NCBI GenBank assembly: GCA_965217865.1
Contig: CBDCJO010000002.1
Location: 4,928,001-4,992,000 of the forward strand
Source of the DNA: Candidatus Latescibacterota bacterium
GTDB taxonomy: Bacteria; Latescibacterota; UBA2968; SICM01
Direction: 5' to 3'
DNA: 64,000 bases
The notes beneath the pieces are model-generated. The model had not been told where the DNA came from, made no database searches, and worked only from the letters and a program-made list of their open reading frames with translations. The translations under genes and the position numbers were made by a program. This document shows, one piece after another, positions 43,894-52,989 of the stretch (positions are counted from its first letter, which is position 1; each line of letters starts with the position of its first letter).

Positions 43894-44086
43894 AGAGATC
43901 GCGCCTGTCTTCTCCGGTATCAATGCTCCACTCAAGCGGCAACTTGGCCAGGCATCCGGAACACATCTATGCTTTGGATTCACGGCAGTTTGAGTAGCTC
44001 ATTCGGACTGGCAATAAAAGTATCACAATAATATCCAAGAGAATTGGATAAGAGGGCTTGGATATTATGGAGGAGGAAAAATAAAC

Positions 44087-44401
44087 ATGGGCAAGAATAC
44101 TATCGATATCCGAACTTTTGGGGATTGGACACTCTTGACGGATGAGGAGATCCAGACAACCCTTAGTAAAATTGACACGAAGGACCTCGCAATTGCCTTG
44201 AAAGGGATAGGAGAAGACATTCGGGAGGTCGAGAAAAGGACCATGTCAAACATCTCGGAGCGCGTACAGGGATTTGTCCGAAATGTTTGGGCAGAATCTT
44301 CGATTTCCCCGGAAGATATTGAAGCTTCACAAAAGAAAATCCTGCAAATCATTCATGGTCTGCAAAACATAGGGAAGATTAGTCCATCATCAGAAAATTG
44401 A
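44087..44401 (+). CDS. Stand-alone FliG C-terminal-like domain protein
   Basis: DEEIQTTLSKID..DLAIALKG...NISER...IEASQKKIL...GKI. Confidence 0.65.
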   Translation: MGKNTIDIRTFGDWTLLTDEEIQTTLSKIDTKDLAIALKGIGEDIREVEKRTMSNISERVQGFVRNVWAESSISPEDIEASQKKILQIIHGLQNIGKISPSSEN

Positions 44402-44453
44402 CCCTGGACCGCAGACTTGATCGGCGCTCTCTCCTGTAAGGGAGGACAGTAAG

Positions 44454-44870
44454 TTGAAACACTTTATGGGTCTATTTGGACTTTCCGTTGTCGTGACAAC
44501 GCTGGTTGGTTGCGCAAGCACGGGCAGATTTAACTCCACAAACCTGACAAACGTTGAATTGTCTCAGAGCAATTTTCGTGTTATCGCCACAAATGTGTAT
44601 GGTGAGGCAGATTACCTGTTTGGATTTAGCTTTGCTCAGGGAGGGGAGATGCAAACTATAGCACTTATACCCCTTGGGGGCGACCGCCTGCGTTACAAAG
44701 TAGCGTTGGAAAACTTGTGGCGCAACTTCGAGCAGACACACGGGAGCACCAAGGGGCGGAGTCTTGCGTTGGTAAACGTTCGCTTCGACGCTGACGCACT
44801 GAACGTGCTTGTTTTTTACACAAGACCCAAAATTTCTGTTCGGGCAGATGTCATTGAGTTTGTTGAGTAA
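44454..44870 (+). CDS. Small lipoprotein (DUF6567-like)
   Basis: LVGC lipobox; TNVELSQSNF, ALVNV, VRADVIEF. Confidence 0.65.
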   Translation: MKHFMGLFGLSVVVTTLVGCASTGRFNSTNLTNVELSQSNFRVIATNVYGEADYLFGFSFAQGGEMQTIALIPLGGDRLRYKVALENLWRNFEQTHGSTKGRSLALVNVRFDADALNVLVFYTRPKISVRADVIEFVE

Positions 44871-44903
44871 TCAGTGGCTGAGGTCGGGAATGTGCCGAAT
44901 CTT

Positions 44904-44940
44904 GCCTAACCCGACGTTGCAGTTGACGGCGGGATCTATG
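44904..44940 (+). other. Truncated attC (left arm)
   Basis: GCCTAAC CCGACGTTGCAGTTGACGGC; no correctly spaced R'. Confidence 0.5.
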
Positions 44941-45076
44941 GTTTTAATAATGTTTTGGGCTTGGCGGACCTTCAGCATGAGGCGGTGGCAACGGAAATTA
45001 GCTGGTAGTAGAAAAAAAATAATAACGCCGTCAGAATCGATATCTGGCGGCGTTTTCAGTTCATAAACCAGTGCTG

Positions 45077-45715
45077 TCAAATAGGGTAGACCCTTTTTTG
45101 TAGCGATGTTCGTCTCGCTGGCTCACGATCAAAATGACAGCCACCGATACGTTTGGAGGCTTTCTTTTGTAAGGAACTTCCGGGACTTGACATGAGTAAC
45201 GACTTAAGTAATTGCGTATATATTCCAGAGAGTTTTGCTTCCTGCTCCTTTCTTGTAGCCAATGCCTGGACGATCTCTGTGCGTCCGGTATTTGATCGAC
45301 GCTTCACGCTGCCACTGCCTTTTGCCGTCTAACGATTTCACGGTTTTTCTTTCCCCCGACCTCTGACTTTTCACGACCGGGCGTTCGGAGACGAAAACCC
45401 AGTTGCCGAAGCATCCGCTGGCACTGTCGGACACCCAGGTCCACATCCCACTGCTGCAGGATATATGCCGCCAGCGTCTTGCCATCCCAGACTTTACGGT
45501 TCAAGCCGAAGTCCCTGGGAGTCTTCCTCAAAGCAGCATGGATCTGCGCAATCGCTCAGCCGACGTGGACTGCCGGAGCGCTTCCCCCCCAAGTCATAGC
45601 GGGACTCCGGAGACCGGCGGATCTCATCCCGCAACGCGAGAACGACACTCTCTACATCGGCTATCGTGCGCTTTTCCATATGTATCAAGATAACGGATCC
45701 TGCAAGTATGCGCAA
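45077..45715 (-). mobile_element. IS630-family transposase remnant
   Basis: Frameshifted pieces; WDGKTLAAYI...GVRQCQRMLRQLGF winged-HTH segment. Confidence 0.65.
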
Positions 45716-45983
45716 TTAAATATGACGTATCGTATAGAATGGAAAAACTTTCCGGAGCGAATTCGAAGGACTCGCGTGGTCAGTAAGCGCCACATCGGAC
45801 AGATCCAATGTCCTTTAAGACACCTTTATGGGATCACCAAAGGATTTTTCAAATTAAATATTTTTGCTTCTTTAAGAAGACATTTACGAAATAGTATGAA
45901 ATACCTATCTTTAGAGAGGTATAGGACGCAAATCCAAAAACATCTATAGGTGGGATGAGTTTCCGCTTTCCTGCGGAAATGCA

Positions 45984-46583
45984 GTAGTTACCCGAAATGG
46001 ATGATTTTATGGCGACGAAAGTGCTGTCCATCGCAATACCGGAATACAACGTTAAGAAAAAGCCCGACTATATGGCTATTGGCCCCAAAGTCGATGAACT
46101 CATTGGTGAGAACTTGGAGGATGGCAAGTACGTCGTAAGGGCCCTATCTCTGGCGGAGCATCCCGGCAAGACCTTGGATGAGCTTGCCGCAATCATCCTC
46201 AGGTTAGGTACCGACAAGTACGACCCGAACCGAAAAGAATCGGGCTGGAAGGCTTTCGCGAGGTATGACCACGATTTCCAAGCCGGAACCTTTGAGATCT
46301 TAGGTGGCAAAGTTCATGAGACGGAGGAGGACGAATTTCCGTCTATGTTCGGCGACATTGTCTATCACTTTTATGAGCACGTACCGATCGACCGCAACGT
46401 TGTCCTGCGCGTCGATATCCTGATGATTTACTATTCGAGCAAGGTACAGCTTGCCGAATGGGTGGATAAGTCTAAACCCGAGGTTATTCCCTATGACAAA
46501 TACCTGTACAAATTCAAAGATCCCCCACGGAAACATGATGCCTTGGCGTCGATTGTGAAGATCTTGTAGTTACCCGAAATGGA
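45984..46583 (+). repeat. 18-bp direct repeat flanking one gene
   Basis: GTAGTTACCCGAAATGGA at 45984-46001 and 46566-46583. Confidence 0.9.
45997..46569 (+). CDS. Hypothetical protein
   Basis: 190-aa ORF with a paralogue at 47520-48080. Confidence 0.75.
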   Translation: MDDFMATKVLSIAIPEYNVKKKPDYMAIGPKVDELIGENLEDGKYVVRALSLAEHPGKTLDELAAIILRLGTDKYDPNRKESGWKAFARYDHDFQAGTFEILGGKVHETEEDEFPSMFGDIVYHFYEHVPIDRNVVLRVDILMIYYSSKVQLAEWVDKSKPEVIPYDKYLYKFKDPPRKHDALASIVKIL

Positions 46584-46634
46584 ATAAAGACATTTGAAGA
46601 GAACCCACGGTCGTCTCGACAGAAGATATTTCGC

Positions 46635-47390
46635 ATGGAATCGCGCATCGACGCAGACTATTTAGACGCCGAAAGATACGATCAGTATTACGGACCGTAC
46701 GCTGAACCTCATGATTGGCTGATCGAGCGACTGCGAGAACGAAATTCTGTCATGGAACTAGCTTGTGGCACGGGCCGAGTTGCGATTCCCCTGGCTCAGC
46801 ATGGGTTATCTGTGACCGGCATAGACTATTCAAAACCCATGTTGGATCACGCCCGCAAGAAAGCGCGAGAAGCCCATGTGGAGATCGAGTTGGCGCTATG
46901 CGATTTTCGCGATTTCGACCTTGGGCGGAAGTTCGGATCCATTCTCCTGCTTTCCAATGCGCTCTGGCACGTCCATGAGCGCTCTGACTTCGAAGCGTTG
47001 CTGCAATGCGTTCAGCTTCATTTGGAGCCAGATGGCCTCTTTGTGCTCGATGTTTTTGTACCCGGTTTGGACGTACTCAATCGCGATCCGCAGCAACGGT
47101 ATCCCTTTAGTACGTACACGGACCGGGAAACGGGTGAGCAGGTTGAGGTGACTCAGACATATGTCTATGAACCGGACACTCAGATATCCAGAGTCGTGCA
47201 ATACAAAGGTATGACAGACGAAATAGTCGGCGGCCTCAATCTTCGCATGTATTTCCCGCAGGAATTAGACACGCTTTTGGCATACAACGGTATGACCATT
47301 GACGAGAAATTTGGGGATTGGGATCGAGTGTCCTTCGATTCGAGTTCAAAACACCAACTATACCTTTGCTCACCTTGTGGCTCTGGCTGA
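46635..47390 (+). CDS. Class I SAM-dependent methyltransferase
   Basis: MELACGTGR, GIDYS, HLEPDGLFVLD, RMYFPQE. Confidence 0.9.
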   Translation: MESRIDADYLDAERYDQYYGPYAEPHDWLIERLRERNSVMELACGTGRVAIPLAQHGLSVTGIDYSKPMLDHARKKAREAHVEIELALCDFRDFDLGRKFGSILLLSNALWHVHERSDFEALLQCVQLHLEPDGLFVLDVFVPGLDVLNRDPQQRYPFSTYTDRETGEQVEVTQTYVYEPDTQISRVVQYKGMTDEIVGGLNLRMYFPQELDTLLAYNGMTIDEKFGDWDRVSFDSSSKHQLYLCSPCGSG

Positions 47391-47519
47391 TAGTGGTTTT
47401 CTCAACATTGGGGTGTTTTGAGATCCACATCGGGTATGGGCGAAATCGTTATACGACAACCGTGGGCAGCACAGAAAACTGGCTAGCCGGTACCTCACAT
47501 CTCCCCTAGGAGAATTCTC

Positions 47520-48081
47520 TTGGGCACTGCCATTCCAGTTTTCTCCATCTCGATGCCCGAGTACTCCATCGATTCACGACCCGATTACTCGGCCGTCGGG
47601 GCGCGACTAGACCGTTTCATCGAGGAGCACCTACCGGGACGCCGGATGGCGCTGCGTGGCATTTACCTCGGCGATCATCCGGACCGACCGCGCAGACCTC
47701 GTAGCCACGATCCGCGAATTAGGCACGGATCGGTACGACGCGAACCGCGAGAGCGTGCACCACGCCTTCTACGAGCAGCTTGGGGTCGAGGTGCACGCGG
47801 TGGCGTGCGAAGTGACCGATAAACTGCGTGGCTTGGGCGACGAAGATTACGTTGCGGCTCCGTCGTTCTCGGGAGAGTTCATCGCGGATTTCTATGAGAG
47901 TGCCCGCGCCGAGAGGGGCTACCCGCTTCGGCTGGACATCCTGATCGCCTACGATCTCGACCAGCTCAATCCGGTGCCGGAGGACGCATCGCAGAGTTTT
48001 GCGTTCAAGAACCCCGACCGAAAACCGGAGGCACTTCTGGCCGTTGTCAACGTTCTGGGCGCTGACGAGGTTTTCCCCTAT
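47520..48081 (+). pseudogene. Paralogue of 45997-46569, frameshifted near 47690 and abutting an IS
   Basis: SISMPEY..PDY, LGTDRYD, LRLDILI, FKNPDRK..AL align with the 45997 protein. Confidence 0.7.
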
Positions 48082-49607
48082 CAGCCTGTTGAAAAAGTGC
48101 GTTTATGCCAAGATGACTGTTGTCTTTCCTTGTGGTTTGGTCCTATGATATATCAGGTTCAAACTGAGAAGGGAGGACGAGCAAATGGCAATGGGAAAAC
48201 GAGGACGACAGAGACAGGAAAACCTGTTCATCGCATCGAACACTTTGGTGAAATCTCCGGGTCATCCGTTCTACGAGAAGCTGAATCAGGTATTGGGGGC
48301 GAACGGCTTCGACGAGTTCGTCGAGGGGCTTTGCCAGCGGTATTACGCTCCTCATATGGGTCGCAAGGGCATTCCGCCCGGGGTTTATTTTCGGATGCTT
48401 TTGATTGGGTATTTCGAGGGACTTGATTCGGAACGTGGGATCGAATGGCGTGTATCTGACTCGCTGACGTTGCGCCGGTTTTTGGGGTATGCCCTTGACG
48501 AACAGACCCCGGATCATTCCAGCCTGTCTCGCATCCGGCATCGGCTTCCCTTGGAAGTTCACGAAGCGGTTTTCAAGTGGATCCTGAGGGTCTTGTGCAA
48601 AGCGGGTCTGGTGAAGGGGAAGACGTTGGGCGTGGATGCTACGACACTGGAGGCCAACGCCGCGATGCGCAGCATTGTACGCCGTGACACGGGTGAAGGC
48701 TACCAGGCATTCCTTGAGAATCTGGCCAAGGCCTCGGGCATTGAAACGCCTACCCGCGAGGACTTGTCCAAGATCGATAAGAAGCGACCGAAGAAGGGAT
48801 CGAACCAGGACTGGGAGCACCCGCACGACCCGGATGCCAAGATCGCTAAGATGAAGGACGGTCGCACGCACATGGCGCACAAGGTGGAGCACGCGGTGGA
48901 TCTGGACACCAATGCCATTGTGGCAGTGGCGTTGTCGGGAGCAGATGAAGGAGATACCGGGTCGTTGCCCTGGACGCTGCTCGAGGCGCCGCTCAATCTC
49001 AAGCAGGTCGCGAAGGACGAAAAAGCTGCCAAACGTTTGCACAGACAGCGTATACGGGAGGTGGTTGCGGACAAAGGATATCATAGCAACGATGTATTGA
49101 CCAGTCTGAAGCAAGGCGGCATCCGGAGTTACATTTCAGAACCGGATCGGGGACGCCGCAAGTGGAACGGCCGACGAGATGAGCAGGCCGCGGTATATGC
49201 GAATCGACGCCGGATCAAGGGAGATCGCGGCAAGGCCTTGCGCCGAAGTCGTGCAGAACGGGTGGAAAGAACCATCGCTCACACATATGATACCGGTGGC
49301 ATGCGCAGGTTGCACTTGAGAGACCGCGGCAATATCCTCAAGCGTTTGCTGATCCACATCGGGGGCTGTAACCTGGCTCTGCTCATGCGCAAAGTGATGG
49401 GCGTAGGTACTCCGAAGGCCCTCCAGGACCTGGCCAAGGCCTTGCAGCGTCTACTGCTCGTCCTACAATCACGTTTGCTGCCCTCGGTCACCTTTTTAAC
49501 CTCTTATCAGCGTCTCCTGCTCAATCTCCTTACCTTGATTTATCTGACCCGCACTCCAGGCGTCTTTTCCGTTTATGTGCGTTGAAAGGTAGTTCTTCAA
49601 CGGGCTG
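48082..49607 (+). mobile_element. IS1182-like insertion sequence
   Basis: TIRs CAGCCTGTTGAAAAA / TTCTTCAACGGGCTG (13/15 match); flanks CTAT / CTAG. Confidence 0.85.
48185..49585 (+). CDS. DDE transposase (DUF772 + DDE)
   Basis: SERGIEW, PDHSSLSR, VDAT, ADKGY, RAERVER. Confidence 0.92.
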   Translation: MAMGKRGRQRQENLFIASNTLVKSPGHPFYEKLNQVLGANGFDEFVEGLCQRYYAPHMGRKGIPPGVYFRMLLIGYFEGLDSERGIEWRVSDSLTLRRFLGYALDEQTPDHSSLSRIRHRLPLEVHEAVFKWILRVLCKAGLVKGKTLGVDATTLEANAAMRSIVRRDTGEGYQAFLENLAKASGIETPTREDLSKIDKKRPKKGSNQDWEHPHDPDAKIAKMKDGRTHMAHKVEHAVDLDTNAIVAVALSGADEGDTGSLPWTLLEAPLNLKQVAKDEKAAKRLHRQRIREVVADKGYHSNDVLTSLKQGGIRSYISEPDRGRRKWNGRRDEQAAVYANRRRIKGDRGKALRRSRAERVERTIAHTYDTGGMRRLHLRDRGNILKRLLIHIGGCNLALLMRKVMGVGTPKALQDLAKALQRLLLVLQSRLLPSVTFLTSYQRLLLNLLTLIYLTRTPGVFSVYVR

Positions 49608-49666
49608 CTAGCCGGTACCTGGCGCCCAGTGTACGGGAAATGGTGAACCGATCGAACACGGTCATC

Positions 49667-49755
49667 GTATAACAGGTCCACTGGCGGCTCCGGCCCCTGG
49701 AGGGGCCTCCGCGCAATTCGGCTGACGCCGAGTTCGCCAGTGGCCGAGACTACAT
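49667..49755 (+). other. attC-like hairpin with degenerate R'
   Basis: CGTATAAC is complementary to GTTATACG at 47448; CCACTGGCG / CGCCAGTGG arms. Confidence 0.5.
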
Positions 49756-49805
49756 GCGGAAAGTCAAGAGCAAAGTTGACGATTTCGAGGTTGGATGAGA
49801 TTTTT

Positions 49806-51659
49806 TATGCCGGTTTTCTCAGCGTCAAGGGGTGTAAAGTGGACATTCTTACTATGTTCGGAGCGCAGTTCGCCCTTATGGTGCAGGACCGGTCTTTGAA
49901 GAGGGGCGAAGCTCCCGTGTGGGGGGTGGTGTCTTCCGATACCAACTTACATCCGCGGCCGGCACTCTTGTTTGTGTGAGTAGGTGTGCCGGTCTTCGCG
50001 CATTTTCTAATCCGATCCAGGAAGACGGGGAGGCCTGCGGATCTGTTAGCCGAAGCGACTCCTATCGGAGCCCTCCTCTCAAGCCAGTTCTGCAGGCCGC
50101 CCCTGGCCGCCTTGGAAGGCGGCAGCTTGTGTAACCGGTCCGGCAGGAGACTGCACCGGATGTGAATCGAGCAGCGATGTCAAAGAGCGAGTGTGACCGC
50201 GGCAGCGGTCAGGCGGCGGCGCGAGCGCGCCGTCGGGGATGCTGCTTTTTCTTGTAGCGCTTCATGTAGCGCCTCTCGAGCGTTTTGAGGGATGCCGCGG
50301 GGTGGTCTCTCTCCTCGTAGAGACGATTTTCTCTGAGCAGGGCTACGATGAGCCGTAGGAGCTGGGACGAGGCGGCCACGATATTCTTGCGGTAGCACTT
50401 CTTCCTGAGCTCGCGTTCGAGGAAGCGGCGGCGGACCTGGGGCACGACCCGGGCGGTCTGTTCGGTCATCTGGGTAGATGATTCGCCGCAGCCGGGGATT
50501 GCCGATCTTGCTCATCCGCCTTTTGCCTTTGTACTTTCCGGAGTCGGCGATGCGCACGTTCGTGCCGGCGAGCTTCTCGATCTGTTTGAAGTGGGTGAAG
50601 CGGGTGGCCCCTCGCGTCTCCGCGGTAAATTGGGCAGCCAGGTTTTTGTTGATGTTGGGGATCGAGTCGACGATTTGGAAAGTCGGATCCTGCTGAGTGC
50701 GGGCGATCATCGCCTGCTCCACAGCTTTGAGTTGCGTCTCGGTCCGCCGGAGCGCCTCGATCCAGCCATTCAGGATGATGCGGAGGACATCTTCCTGGCC
50801 CTCGACCGGGATCCCGATGGAGGTCCGGGCCTCCTCCTTCAGCTTCTGCAGCGTCGCCACCCCGTAACTGCCTCTTGAGATCCGATGGATCTGGCGGCCC
50901 TCCTCTTCGATGTCAATTTCCTCGAAGTGGCGGGGCAAGAAATATCGCTCCAACAGGTAGCGGGAGGTCTTCGTACGAATGTTGACCGCGTGGAGGAACT
51001 CCGGGAAGACGCGTTCCATCAGAGACCGGGTGCGGAGCAGGGACTTTGTGAGGTCCTTCCGGAGCTTGTCGTAGGCGATTGAGAGCTGGTGCGCGGCCTC
51101 CATGTGAGGCTCGAACGTCCTGAAGAGATCATAGCTTCCCTTCTGTGCGCTGTCGGCCACCAGAAAGGCATCCCTGGGATCCGACTTGGAGAAATCGCGG
51201 TGCATCATCGGTCTTGCGTGATACGTCGTGAGGGGGCTCACCAGCAGCACGCGATACCCCTTCCCCTGGAGGTAGTGGGCCAGGGTAACCCACAGATTGC
51301 AGGACGTCTCGATGGCCACCACCATCCGATCCGGCCCGCAATCTTTGATGCGTCGCTCCAGATGCTGCCAGAGGGTATGGTCATATCCCGCTCGCGTCAC
51401 GGGGAATGAGAAGGCCCCGCCTTGCTGAAGTCCGGAGGGATCGAGCACCGACCCGCTGTGTTTTTCCTTGCCCGGATCGATCCCGAGGACGAAATTCTGG
51501 GAGATGGCCTGTCGTTTAAGGTGGAAGATTTTCGACTTCATCGTATACCTCCAGCGTTGAGGGTTGAGTTTGCTTGCGCTTGCCGAATCTTAAGACACCT
51601 TGCCTTGCAAGGGAAGATTCAGCCCCTCAACGCTGTTTTTTCCTCCTTTACTCAATATA
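49806..51659 (-). mobile_element. IS110-family element (ends inferred)
   Basis: Recombinase gene plus about 400-bp 3' and about 115-bp 5' non-coding ends; TA/TAT core at both inferred ends. Confidence 0.7.
50209..51541 (-). pseudogene. IS110 DEDD recombinase with +1 frameshift at about 50473
   Basis: GIDPGK, IETS, KSDPRDA (DEDD) and catalytic DSG; C-terminus continues in ORF 50209-50469 (TACCCAGATG versus expected TACCAGATG). Confidence 0.88.
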
Positions 51660-51769
51660 GAAATCGTTATGCACAATGCCGTTTTGGGGGCTTGGATAAT
51701 CGCACAAGGGGTGCAATTGTAGGACTTACTAACTAGGTACCACAGGTTAACTTTTGCGGAGGTAGCGTC

Positions 51770-52252
51770 GTGGACGAGAAAATCAATCTGGCGGACATTG
51801 GGGAGGAAAACCGCATTTCGCCGAAGTGTAAGTATGAGCTGTTTCGAAAACATATTTCGCTAGCACTTGGGGGCAAAAAAGATGTGGGTACTTGGGGTGG
51901 AGGCCATCCGTTTGACATAGAGCACGTGCGATTGCCGCCGGGGAAGCTTAATTATCCTTTTCACCAGCACAAGGTTCAGTGGGAGCTTTTCATTGTAGTA
52001 GGGGGCAAGGGAGTAGTCCGGCGAGACGACCGGGAGTTTGAAATTCGAGAGGGGGACTGTTTCATCCAGCCACTTGGGACAGCGCACCAAATCAGGAATG
52101 CGAGCCAGGCAGAAGATCTTATTTACTTCGTTATTGCTGACCACCCCCAGGCCGAAGTTGTGTATTATCCGGATTCCGAGAAGTGGTTGTTCCGACCACC
52201 GCGGACGATTGTTGAGGTCACGGATGTGGACTACTACAAGGGAGAGGAATAG
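51770..52252 (+). CDS. Cupin-domain protein
   Basis: PFHQH..WELF, GTAHQIRN, YYPDSEKW, DYYKGEE. Confidence 0.88.
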   Translation: MDEKINLADIGEENRISPKCKYELFRKHISLALGGKKDVGTWGGGHPFDIEHVRLPPGKLNYPFHQHKVQWELFIVVGGKGVVRRDDREFEIREGDCFIQPLGTAHQIRNASQAEDLIYFVIADHPQAEVVYYPDSEKWLFRPPRTIVEVTDVDYYKGEE

Positions 52253-52286
52253 AACTTACGCTGATTCCTCCTTCCTCCTTCGCTCC

Positions 52287-52410
52287 GTCGGAGCTCCGGA
52301 GGACAGGTCGGAGCTCCGGAGGACAGGTCGGAGCTTCGGAAGGACAGGTCGGAGCTTCGGAAGGACAGGTCGGAGCTTCGGAAGGACAGGCCGCAGCTTC
52401 GGAGGACAGG
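52287..52410. repeat. Tandem 20/21-bp palindromic repeat x6
   Basis: GTCGGAGCT(C/T)CGGA(A)GGACAG units with no spacers. Confidence 0.9.
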
Positions 52411-52521
52411 CCGGCAGTTCGCGCACGGCGCGGACTACGTTAGCGCCATATTGTTTTTTGTGTGATGAGAAAAGCATAAGGGAGCAAAAACAATCCCAGC
52501 CTCACCCCAATTTACATACAC

Positions 52522-52746
52522 TATGATATTTCCTGCCTGTCTGGACCGAAAGAATTCATTTAACTGTGATCGCTATACGGAGTTATATTGTAGGTTGTAA
52601 TGAGACACACCTCATGCAGATCAACGCCCGGCAGATCGGCTGTGGAAAATCTGATCGTAGTTTTTAGGGGATGATATGCAGACCCAGATATCACTCCAAG
52701 ATCAAGGAGATTACACAAAGTAAAGGGTGTTAAACAAGCGTTTGGG
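52522..52746 (+). repeat. Conserved leader copy C (lacks attI-like end)
   Basis: TATGATATTTCCTGCCTGTCT...GATGATATGCAGACCCAGATATCAC...AAACAAGCG shared with copies A/B. Confidence 0.8.
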
Positions 52747-52750
52747 CTCA

Positions 52751-52845
52751 CTCTAACCAACCCCTCAAGCAGACGGATCGTCTGTCACAGGCCAAGCTTC
52801 CGCAAGGCCAGCCTCAGACGCCCGCAGCTTAGGTCCGTGTTAGAC
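52751..52845 (+). other. attC site
   Basis: CTCTAAC CAACCCCTCAAGC...GCTTAGGTCCGT GTTAGAC. Confidence 0.85.
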
Positions 52846-52989
52846 GCACGAACTGACGAAGATGAAGGATCACGAAGAATTCCTGTTGAGGCTCTACGAA
52901 GAGCAGGGGTTCCTAAAGAAACAAGGAACGCACCGCCGATTTAAGCTTCAAAACATTTGAATATCCGCATAAAAGGAGTCGGAGAATCG

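Noticed and set aside
48143-49114. 323-aa - strand ORF
   Set aside because: Antisense shadow of the transposase
52287-52410. CRISPR array
   Set aside because: Units are contiguous with no unique spacers, and no cas genes are present
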